From Lingula anatina (taxonomy: Eukaryota > Animalia > Brachiopoda), in contig CM120641.1 of NCBI GenBank assembly GCA_051362555.1, positions 43,034,401-43,098,400 of the forward strand: a stretch of DNA of 64,000 nucleotides. The letters are read 5' to 3'. The position numbers and the translations under genes were made by a program. A model generated the notes under the pieces. That model worked only from the letters and a program-made list of their open reading frames with translations, was not told the DNA's origin and made no database searches. Shown here piece after piece: positions 49,805 to 61,913 of this stretch (position 1 is the first letter of the stretch; each line of letters starts with the position of its first letter).

Positions 49805-51740
49805 TAAATATAAAGGTGATATGGATTGCTGTAACAGGTAAGTATATGGTGTTGACATGTTTGTCCAACTGTCCAGTAACGGGGATTGAACATGTACTTT
49901 TAAGCTGCAAAATATTATCCAGTTATCATACCCGGTAGACTGAAAATATTTTATAGCAAATGCAGAATCATTTAAATTTAAAACCAATTATTACAGGAAT
50001 TGGTACACTGGCTTGTACCTAAGGGTTACTTGGTTGCACAGCCTTTGTCATATATCAAGTATTTAAGTATGAACAAATTAAGTAAGGAAATTATATCAGG
50101 CCAGTGAGTGGAAGGTACTTAGATAAAAGACCATTGTCATACATCAGGCATATTTAAAAAGAAATTCGAAATTAATGACAAAGGCAGCTCAGGTGTTCCT
50201 TTGATCCTGTGCCTGTGACTGGGGCACCTGATAACGACAAAGCCTGAAGATTTATGTAGTTTTAATTGTGACTTTAGAGCAAAAATTACCCCTGTCATCT
50301 TTAACCTCTGTCCAAGTCTCCTGGAGGTTAAAATAGCATATTTCATTTGAAAGCTGTATACATTATTGACTTCTATTGGTCATGATATTTTGTCAGGCTG
50401 GACAAAATATTCTTCATAATTTTGATGCAGCTAAGTGGAATTTCTTTATGCCTTCAGTACCAGAGTTACCTGTGTCCTGACCCATACAGTATAATCAAAA
50501 CCCAGTGAAGTCATTACACATTTTAGACGAGTTATCATAGTGGATGGGAAGTGCCCTTAAAAAGAGGTTTGTGACAAAGTCTTTTGATGATTTGTATGGC
50601 AGCCCATATCATGCATGGGAGGGAAAGCGATATTGTGTTGTTTTACAAAAACTGAAACCTGAGTCTCCTTTGTACACAGGAGAAAATGCACCTGTGTGTT
50701 TGTGTAAGTGTTTTCTCTGGCTCTCTCAATGGCTATTTGCAAAAACATCAACAGGCCCTGGCCTAGGTTTAGCTGTTATGGAATGCACTCATTCTTCCAG
50801 GCTCCCTTTGATTCTTACAACTTTTCACACAGATTAGTGGTTGTATTTTTTCAGTGCTCAACCTTGCGCCACCATTTGGGTAATTGATATTTTACTCCTC
50901 ATATGCTAAATGCACATTTAAAAGGTTCTGGGTTTTAAATTTCATACAACACTTGAATTGAAAACTCTAATATTGATTCATTATTTGTGTCTATTTAAAA
51001 ATGTTTTCCATAAATTTTCAGTCAAAAATGAAGTGATGACAAGGAAGATAACAACTCAAACAATTCACTGGTAAGAAATGGTGTTTGCTAATTAGTCTTA
51101 TAACTATTATGGAATGTTTGTTATTATTATTTAATATAAGCAGTCAAAACATATTGATCAGATCTAACAGTAGCTAATTATTCAACAATACAAAGTTACA
51201 TTCATTGCAACAGAGCAGGTAGGGCATTTATTTCATATTGTGGCATTTCAAAGAAAGTTAATTCCATCTATATATTTATGTGTATAAGCACTCACCAGGT
51301 GTGAAAGGGCATGTAATTAAAATGGTTAAAGTGGCACTGGGGACAAGCCACAAATGGGAGGGCAAGTTGATTGATAACTTGACACAAATTATGATGTTAT
51401 TGTTAGGCTGCAACAAATTGAGTTAATTGTTGTTTCTTTTTGTCACTTGAATTTAATTGAAACCTGCATGAAAGAATGGGATTATTCACAAATGACTGGT
51501 ATGTGACAGGCAGTGGGTGGTAGTTAATCGAATTTTTGCATTTCTGAGCACGGCACTCTGTCCTAAAACATTCAAGTTTCATATATTAAGTGACATGCAA
51601 GTTTTAGTATCTGTCGAAATCTGAAGGTATTTAATTTTTATAATTCAGAAATAATACTAAAAAGTTTCCTGTACAGAATAATGTTAATAAACAATGACTT
51701 TGTTCTGTACAGTAAGTGTACGCTTGATTGCAATTCCCTC

Positions 51741-51764
51741 ATCTGATCTGATCTGATCTGATCT
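51741..51764. repeat. (ATCTG)n pentanucleotide repeat
   Basis: ATCTGATCTGATCTGATCTGATCT. Confidence 0.85.
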
Positions 51765-53418
51765 TAGCATGTAGATCTCTCAAGTCCTGGTGACACATAT
51801 GACCAAGCACAACAGTAAGTGAAGGATTTTTTAGCTGCTACCATTAAAATATATGTGTAAATAAAACGACAGGAGCACCTTAAAAGTACTGAAACCTGGG
51901 AGGTTGTGTATACTAAGGGACTTAATGATCAATAATTGATTTTATTTTCCGCTAACTGACCACAAATCCTTTAGTATTGTGTGCAGCACATCTATTTAAT
52001 TGATAGTTTAAAAAAAACTCATTAGCCAGTGTCTAATTGTAAACATTTTAGGCAGGTGGCTAATGGGGAATGAGAGGTTTAATGCATCACATTGCACTGT
52101 CGTTGCCCTGGAAGACATTTTACCTCCCCTTCAATGTAGTCTCATGTTTTACAAACAGAAACAAAATGACATCTTCTGCCAGTGGAAACATTTGTGATGG
52201 CTGCATGATAATTGACATCATGTGTGCATGATAACTGGCAACACAGGAATTTCAGATGTGCGTGAAAATTTGTCTGAAAAATGACGGTCATTTCTTGGTG
52301 TAATCTGCTTATTATTAAATACGTAATTTGTATATTAACTTATTGTCTTATTACATTATTTGGTTCAACATTATGGAATATTTTCATCTGGATTTAAAGT
52401 GTGTAATTGTGCACAATGTTCAATTTCCTTATACAAAAAATATTTTGAATTTAAATAATATGAAATAAAAAACTAAGCATATTGAGGTGGTTTTGTGGGG
52501 AAGGAGGTGGAAGGACAGCTGGATCGAGTTCAGGCACACATCCTACTGAATACAGTATCATCTAGTGGTCATCAAAAGTTTCTGCTGAGAAAACATTATA
52601 TCATATGTTTTACTGTGTTACCAAATTTTCAGATAAAGCTAGCTTGTATACAAATTGGGCCTTCACTATCTGGCCTTTAACAGTCCTGTGTGACTATCAT
52701 GTTTAATGAGCAGTTCTGTAGTGAAGGATATGCACTTTTACATGTGCTGCGTCCATGGCCAACAGATGGCTTGTTACTAGTTCAATTGGACAATGTATTT
52801 TTAACTTTATATGTAGAAATCAGAAGACATAAGATTGGTATAGTTGTGACAGCTCAGTGTGGTGCCATACATTATTACTGATCTGTTATGGACTGTCAAT
52901 CATCAGCATCTTTTAGCCAATCAGTGCACAGAACTTGTCATACCCCAGGTATGTCTTACACAAGACCGCCATTTTCTAGGCATACAACATCTTCAGTTTG
53001 ATGTTATTGCGGTGTCGGTGAAAATAAAATTTCAGTGCACAAAGTGATAAAAAGGTGTCAACGTAGATTGTTTATCTCTGCCTCAGACAATCACTTTCCT
53101 GAATTACTTACGCATAAATGAAGATTTCCATCGTTTCTTATAAATTTCTCAATTCGTCTACTGGAAAAATGTTACAAGATGTAAATGTAAAATCCACAGG
53201 ATATGGTTCATGCTGAAAAGTTGGCAGTTTGGGTATGGCGTCATACTGTTTCATAGACTTAGCCCTCACTGTTACAAGTTTAACCTACAGATTCTTGCAT
53301 GTCTTATACTCTGATATGACATTTTGTAGTGCAACAGCCCAGCTAGATTAATAGCAATGCTACCTCTTTATCACAGATATATTATTGAATATTTAGATGC
53401 ATTTAAGCTGGACATATA

Positions 53419-53633
53419 GGCTCTATTCCCATAGATTTTAGATCGATCTATCCCCGCGGGGAGTCTAACTAGATTACTTTCAGATAATCCGACTTAAATG
53501 TCCGTCCCGCCTACTACAAGCTGTAAGGGGGTAATTAACTTTCGTGTCCGCCCGGCTGACAGCTATTTAGCATGAACCCCCTGGGAGTTAGGTCCATCTA
53601 AAGTAGGTCGATCTAATCTATGGAAATGGGGTG
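53419..53633. mobile_element. Degenerate MITE with about 30-bp inverted ends
   Basis: CTATTCCCATAGATTTTAGATCGATCTA versus reverse complement CCATTTCCATAGATTAGATCGACCTA; CpG-richer than flanks; TSD unclear. Confidence 0.55.
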
Positions 53634-56208
53634 AAAGATTATAAAGTGTAGGGGTTATACTTCCCCCTGCAGCTAGTCAGAAGGGCATTTATTAAAATAA
53701 CCTCCAGGAGAAATGAACATTTTTTCCACAGGTCTAGTTACAAAAAATAATAATAATAACAAAATGAAAAATAAGTATATTAAATAAAAAGAGGCCACTT
53801 AATGACAATGGGTTTTATTTATTTATTTATACAATGATCTGCCATTTTTTTAAACTTAGCTTGTTTACAAGAATAGAGCTACTGGACATTACAGGGATGG
53901 CAAAGTATATTGATAGGTCGTATTAATCACGTGATCATTTCAGATAAATTTAGTTATAATCAGGGATGTGTTTGAAGCATATATTATGACATTGAATGAA
54001 CTTGAATCCAAGCAGATTGGAGAGTGAAGATGAAATGTATTTTTCCTTTCTTCTTACCACATTAAGGTTGTAACTTACAGTAAGGTTTGTTATCTATGCC
54101 ACCAAACCTGACCACAAGAGTCCTGTGGTTTCTGGCAATTGTTAAAATGAATTCTGAAATCTTGGTTCACTACTAGATATTGACATTTTTATTTTAAAGA
54201 CACCCAATACAAGGACAAATTCTATGGTATATTTGGTAAATATGTTCAGATCAGATAAGGTAAGCTTTTCAGATTATATCAAAATTAAATGCCCCTGTTA
54301 ACTTACACATAAAATGCTGGTGGATGCTTACATACATGAAGAAAAAAGCGGTGTTCAATATTTAACTAGTAGTTCTTGTAACATATTTGAGATTAAGTGT
54401 GTAGATATGCTTATTTAATGATTCACATTGATTTATTTTCATTCTCTGAGTTCCGCTACTCTGTGAATTCTCTTTCTTAGAAAAAAGTATAACCACCCAA
54501 CATTAAAAAACAATTAAACTAATTGTTGGGATAGGTTTTTATAACCTTTGTCACAGGAAGATATATGTGGCTTAGAACTCATTCTGAGCAATGTATAGAC
54601 AAAGAATATATCCTTTTATCCTTGCTACTAAGTAAATTGGTACAAATGTGTCAGAATGTTCATTTTTTAAGTGCAAACGAAAGCAGCACATCTTGGTAAG
54701 ATATGTGTGGGTCTTTATCTAATGACTTTTGCCAGCAGCAACTTTCTCCTGTCCAGATTTTTTATGGGCTGAATATTAAAAGGCGTTAATAAATGTTACT
54801 TCTGTTACAGTTGACTCTTGTGTATTATGGTGAAATATTAATGACTTTATCACAGGATACATAAATCTGATCATAAATCGGGCACTGAAGGAACTCTGTT
54901 ACTTCCATGTTGAAATGGCATATTGTAAGAATTACAAACTAATGCTTGTATTTAGCCACAACCTGGGACTCAGGTTTCAGTTAATACTGCAGTAATAGCC
55001 ATTTCTCTAAGTTATATAGTCCATATGTGAACTAGACCATGAAAAGGGAAATTATTCACTGAAATGAATCACTGATTTAATTGTTACAATATAAATATGC
55101 AACAAATTTACTTCCACAAAGAGAAAAGCTTCGCAGAGGGTAAGAGAAGAAAACATCTTTGCTGATGTGTAAAAGGATCGTGTCTATGTTTTAAGGACAT
55201 TTATGTTGATTTAATTTGTAAAATGCTATTGAGAGAGGTTCAACAGCAAATGCACTTTTGATCGTCATTTTAATTTGTATGCACAATAATATCTTTGAAA
55301 CCGAAATTCTAAAGCTGCAAGTTATTAAGTATATATGGGTGTAAAGAAAGGTGCATTGATTGTATGGGCCGATGGTGAACATTTGAGGGTACAATGGCCT
55401 ACGTATCATGCCCACCTGTGTTATTTCAAGCCTAAATAACAATAATCTTTGATAACAATTACATAGGCGCACTGAAAGAAAGCAGCACCACCCATGACTG
55501 AGCATTTAGTCTACTGGCTTGAAACAGTATGTGATAAATATAATAAAACCCAATCATATAAAGAGTGGTAGACCTTACGTTTTGGCACTTCATATGGGAC
55601 TGTGAACATGAATTGGGCGAATTGATTTTCATATTGATATACAGTGGGGAATGATTTATATGAAGGAATATTGACTATGGGTGTGTTTGTTTGTGTTTAA
55701 GGAAGGTGTTGGGGGGGGGGTTCATATATCAGTGTATATTACATTTTATTTTCTAAAAAAAAGATGTATTTCAGTGTAAGATAGGAATATTTTCAGAACA
55801 CAGTTATTACTAGATGTTTTTGATGGGGGAGAATTGCGAATTTCACAGATACTGTATTTTCTAAGTCCTAAAATTATTCCTATTCCTAGCAACAAAATAA
55901 AAAAATGGGCTACTATATTGATCTATTCAATGCAGCAAAAGTAGTAACACAAATGCTATGTAGAAATATAATTTTTGTGATTATAATTCTGTATCTGAAA
56001 GTTTGATAATTTTTGCCCATTGAAAAAATCAAGTAATTAACGTATTATATGCATCAAATTATTCCACATGACTTTATTATCTATTGAAAATTCAAAGAAA
56101 TGTATTGTCTTGAATTTCTGTATCATTTAGAAATAAGGGGTATTTGTGATACATATTGGAAAAAAACACCAAAATCTGCCTGTTTCATTCCAGAATTGAC
56201 ATCTTGCC

Positions 56209-59200
56209 ATGAATGCAACTGCCAGACCTCAGTTCAAATGCACATGTTTCCCTAAGTTTCACTATTGTGATAAAGATTCAGATGGAACCTACTATGACTA
56301 CTGTCACACATCATACAAGGTAAGACTTTTAATAACTTTCACAATTTCAAGGGTCCAGTTTCATTTACAAAAGAACAGAAGTCAAAAATGTTCTCGATTT
56401 TAAAACTAAAACTTTATGACCCATGATGTCTCTAGTATGAAATGAAAATGTGCGAACTGTTTTACAAAAATATGTTGTGCGTGTTTAATTATTTAGTAAG
56501 ATTAAATTATGTAATGGGCTGATACCAATTTATTTTGGAGTAGCAAGCTAGAAGTTGAAGTAGCGTAAGATCTTGAGTCTTAAAGTTAAGATGATCTTTT
56601 CACATGACTTCTTTTGTAAAAATGGCCTTATTATGTGTGTGGCATCACACTTCAGAGTACAGATTTTTTTATTTGGGATGGGTAGAACTTGTTGAATGTT
56701 GAAAAAAAGAAAAACGTCATACTTAGAGAGTGTTTATGTCAAAGCACTTGCCAGACTCAGAATGCACTAGTATTGTCAAATTGGTCAGTGGTTTTTAATT
56801 TGCACTGTGCATCAAGCTTGACATAACTTCAAACTTCTGTATCATATTAAGTAAAACATGTTTAGTCTTAATTAATTGTTTACACTTTTGACCAGATCAA
56901 CTAACTGAATAAGATGCCAAGAATATTAGATTATCTAAGCATTAGCCTTTCAATGTTTAACTGTGAAATATTTTGCACATAAAATTGACAGATAAATTGC
57001 TAATGTTATTGGGACTGTTGCATTGGAATCATGAGATAAAAATGGATATGTGGTGGGAAGAGGAATGTTTGATTATGAGGAGAGATATGCCAGGCCGAGC
57101 AGAAGTATAATACACTTATTTCAACTGTCTGCACACTGCAAATATATTGCAAAGTGTTATTGATCCATGTGTTTAAAAAAATCCCAGCATTAAAGGAGAT
57201 CAAAATGACATTTCGATCAATTATCTAAATTCTGGATTGCTTCAAGGGGTTTTGATTTCAATTCCCTTTCATTATATTTCTGCAGTTTGAGTTTTTGGTA
57301 TTGATGCTGAAAACTGGGAGCAGATAGTCTCAGAATGCTGTCATTTGTGAACGATTACATTATTACTTCTATCCAAGCGACTAAGAAGGAAAAGCTTTGA
57401 TTTGAAGAAACAACTTTTCACTGCTTGTTTATTTTGCAGTTGTTTTCAACAGAGCCTGTCAAGTAAATGCCAATAACTTATAAAACACATACAACTTATG
57501 TATTGACACAAAGATCAATTTGAGCAAAATGACAAAATACTTAAAAAAAAACATCACATGCACAAGAGGAAAAAAAACAGCATGTGATCATTTATTGATA
57601 TAGTTTTTTTGTTAAGTTATCTGTAAAACATATAATTTAAAGGATCAAATGTCTCTCAAGTCACATGCTCTTTGAAAGTTCATTTTGCTGAAACATCACA
57701 GTGTGAGTTTCAATGTTTCCCATCCAGGAATGTGTTTATCAAATCGTTATTTGCACAGATGTGCCCTCTTGTAATTATTGTTATTATAAAAATGATGTCA
57801 TTTGATTGACCTTCTGAAAATGACAACATTTTCTTTGACATTTCTTGTATAAGTATGCCAACTTTCTGACAAACATGATACATCATTTTTTTTTTAATAG
57901 TGAGAAGGGAGATGTTTTTGTCATAAATGTCAGCATGCACTCAGGTCAAAAAGCAAAGTTTTTACACCTGCACAAACTCATCATAAAAGTAAAAAAAATA
58001 TTTTTGAAAATAGAAAGACAAATCAGCAATTTCAGTTTGAATTATTTTGCAGAGAAAAAGCTCGTGATTTGTTCCCATCTTCAAAGCCATTTGATGATAG
58101 CAATTCCATTTTAGTTATTATGACTGCCTGAAGAATTATTGATTTTCTTCATTGTGGCTGCTAAAAAGCGGGTGAAATTGCCATAGAACAAATCTTTGAG
58201 AAGCACAAAAAAGATTGAGAGAAGGGTCATCAGTTTTCGCAGTGGGAGACCATAGTATAATTTACAATATTTGTTCATTTGATCATCTTAGTCAACCAAA
58301 GCAAAGAGGACATAATTATGAGCACAATGGCAATATGTTGTAATGGCAATTTAACTAGCAGGCATTAATTTCTTCTAATGCAAAAAGGAGAGTAACGAGT
58401 GCAAGTCTGTCATTTGTTTTTCATTCAGCCATTATATACAACACATCAATATATTCAAACAACATATGTAAGTTTCACATGCCTTTACTTTTAGTACATA
58501 TTTTGCCATAATCCATACAGTAATTTTTTTGTATAAAAGGTGATGTCATTATTACACAGAATTGATTTGATATTTTTTCTAATTGAATTCATCTTTTCAT
58601 CTTCAGTGCTTTGCCACAATACACACAGAAACACCGTTTGTTCAGAGAGGATGTCATAATCATCTAGAAGCCAAACAGTTTCACTGCAGCACACCGCCAG
58701 GGCAGTTTTATTCGGCCATCTGTTGTGACACTGAGTACTGCAATAAAGATGTGAGCCCCACATACCCACCTGTTTCTACAACGGAAGGTTGGTGTCTGTA
58801 TACTGGTCAGCTTTGCTGTTTAGTTACAAATATTGCCACAACACTCAAAATATGGATTTGAATACTATTTCAAACTGTATACATTGTTCTCTATAAAACT
58901 TAAAAGCCTTGACTACAGTTTGTGATGGGTGTGAGATCATTAAGGTTAAGACTGATTTCACAATATTTCTCTTTCTGTTTATCTTGAGGTTTTTTACACC
59001 AAAGCATTTCTTTAAAAAATCTTGGTAAGATTACAGTGTTGACAATAAAACATGAAATGAACTTAGCTTCAAAGTGAATTTTAAGACAGTTTATATGGGT
59101 ATTTTCACAGAAATGTTAACCTTGTGGTAAAAGAAGAAATGAAATGTTTCATTCAAATTTATATTTTAAACTAATTATCTAGAGAAGAATATCCTGAACT

Positions 59201-61913
59201 GTTAGGTTAAGAGATATACAGATAAAAAAGATATATAAACGTATATTTGTAAATCTTTATTACAGGCTACAGCACTCATTCTGATGCTTCCACATATCAC
59301 CTGCAGCTGTCCCTGGCAGTGGTGGTCCCCTTGGTTCTAGTGGTGGTCATAGTGGCACTGGTCGTAGTGCTGTGTAGAAAGTGGCATGAGAAGAAACTAC
59401 GAGAGATCGACGACAGTGCGCGACACGCCTTCCTGGAGAATGGGGAGATTCAGGCAACTCAGGTTGGGGATTCCACTCTGGATGTAAGTAGATAAGATGG
59501 GATGTAAATATTCTGGATGATAATTAGTTTGGCAAAGGGCTCAGTTCTGAAATTAGATTTCTCCTAGCAGTATGACCAGTAAGTGAAAATGAAAATGTGC
59601 AAAGATTTATCCTGTCAATGTGCCCTTCAGGTAAAGCTTCAATTGAATTGTGAAACCCAAAATATAATTTGTTTTTTTTTAATCTGTGAAATCATGACCT
59701 AATTCTAACTATGTTTTGATGCAGTTTTTGATGATAATTTCAGGATCTATTAGACTCTAGTTGTACCTCAGGTAGTGGGTCAGGCTTGCCATTTTTGGTG
59801 CAGAGAACAGTAGCTAGACAAGTCTGCTTAGTGGAGTGTATAGGTAAGTGAGTTTATGATTAGAATTATTAAAACTGTAGAATGAAGTAATGAAAAAACT
59901 GTAAGATTTTAAATTCTCACAGGCTAAAACCAGAGCTAATTCTGTTTTTATTTTACAATCACTGTTATATTTTGGTTCTGAAGATTGTAGCAGCAAGTTA
60001 TCAATAATGTGAAATTATAAAAACAATATTTTCATATATTTTGACATCAGGGTATAAAACAGTTGTGTTTGTCTTATCTTTTTCTCTAAAAAAAAAGGTC
60101 CTGAAAATTTGTTCTTCCAGGTAAAGGTAGATATGGTGAAGTGTGGCGTGGTACTTATCAAGGTGAAAATGTTGCAGTGAAAATATTCATTTCTCGAGAT
60201 GAAGCTTCTTGGCAACGGGAGAGTGAGATCTACAATACAGTATTACTGAGACACGAGAACATTCTCGGTTTTCTGGCAGCAGATATGACGAGTAGGAACT
60301 CATGCACGCAGCTGTGGTTGATAACTCACTATCACGAGGTGGGCTCTCTGTACGACCACCTGAACAGAACCACCCTTGATCATGCAGCAATGCTCAAATT
60401 GGCTCATAGTGCCGCGGCAGGACTAGTTCACCTTCACACGGAGATATTTGGCACCAAGGGCAAGCCAGCAATAGCACATAGAGACATCAAGTCGAAAAAC
60501 ATTCTTGTCAGGAAAAACGGGACATGTTGTATAGCTGACTTGGGTCTGGCAGTGATGCACTCACTCAAGACCAACAAAATAGACATGGGCATGAATAATA
60601 AAGTAGGAACTAAGAGGTATATGGCTCCAGAACTGTTGGATGAGACTATGGAGGCCAAGTCTTTTGATTCCTTCAAACGTGTAGATGTGTATGCATTTGG
60701 TCTTGTATTATGGGAAATTGCTAGGAGATGCACTGTTGGAGGTAAAGCAATATTTATGTTTCTTCTTTTGAAATTATGTCTGTGTTTGTTACACTTTTAC
60801 GGACCTGAATCTTGGCATTTCAAAATTACATTGTGACATCATAAAAAGCCGCCTTTTTATTTTTGATTTTAGAGAATTTATATTTTTAGATTTATGGTGT
60901 TATTTTCTGTAGCATATTGAAGATATTTTGATAAATAAGCAGAACTTTTGTTCCATACCATGTCTATCACAAAATCTAACATAAGAATGGCCTTCAGGGT
61001 AAAATACAAGATAGAAATTTTTCCTGTTCAGATCTCCCCTTTTTTTATTTCAAAAGGAAGTGTGAAGGTGTATTATTTATATTAAAGGATATTTGATTTT
61101 TGAACTCCAGAGTAATATTATTGTACAAAAGAATGATGAAAATCTCAAAAAAAAAAAAAAAGTTGACAATTTTCCCACAAAAATCCTATGTAGACCCTTT
61201 TTTAAGCAAACCGTTATTCATGGAAACAGTATGAATCATTTGATAATATCAAGAAAGTTTGTTAATTTTCCCACCAAAATCCTTTGTACACTCCTACATT
61301 AGCAAACCTTATTCTCGAAAAACATTGTGAATCATTCTCATTTTTCTTCTCCCAGGCATTGCTGAAGAGTACAAGCCTCCATTCTACGACATGGTTCCTG
61401 CAGATCCCAGTTTTGAGGAGATGAGAAAAGTGGTTGTTGTAGACCAGTCTAGACCACAACTGCCCAACAGGTGGTCAGGCAATCTGGTAAGAAGTAACAT
61501 CATCTTGACATTAATGTTAATGTAGATAATTACCACCAGCCATCCTATTCCTGGGTCAGTTTTATTTAACAACTCTAATGGTATAGTTTTATATCTAAAA
61601 CAGTTGCCAATGTTACCAATGGTTAGTCATAACTGCCAACTACAGAAGTAACAGGCGTATTAATCTTACATTTAGAGGTATTATATTTGTAAAAGTTATA
61701 AATTCTAAATATGTAAACTTATTTTTTGATTATTAATTTTAGATCTTGTCCCAGTTGTCCAGGCTGATAAGGGAATGTTGGTACCAGAACCCTGCTGCCA
61801 GGCTCACAATGATGAGGGTCAAGAAGACACTAGCAAAAATGATCGATTCAAACGACGACGAAAAACCTCTCAAGTTCGAACTTATCACTAATGAAATTTC
61901 TCTGACAACTTGA
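56209..61913 (+). CDS. ACVR1: Type I BMP/activin receptor Ser/Thr kinase, ALK1/ALK2 (saxophone) class, about 510 aa
   Basis: Exons 56209-56319, 58607-58787, 59266-59483, 59744-59843, 60121-60741, 61356-61486, 61743-61913 in frame. Ten-Cys ectodomain ending CCDTEYCN; [25 protein letters not shown]; GS box [19 protein letters not shown]; [16 protein letters not shown]45 loop [12 protein letters not shown] (ALK2/Sax type), [22 protein letters not shown]. True start codon uncertain. Confidence 0.93.

Noticed and set aside
49723-49840. Candidate hydrophobic exon ending at GTAAGT as ACVR1 signal peptide
   Set aside because: Hydrophobicity comes from a TG microsatellite; the ATG-led frame is not signal-like and splicing to the strong acceptor does not reach the receptor frame.
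52850-52950. Signal-peptide-like stretch WCHTLLLICYGLSIISIF before a GTATGT donor
   Set aside because: That frame stops (TAG) before the donor and has no clear ATG.
61166-61292. Two 28-bp direct repeats AATTTTCCCAC.AAAATCCT.TGTA.AC
   Set aside because: Only two copies in an intron; ordinary local duplication, not a CRISPR-like array.
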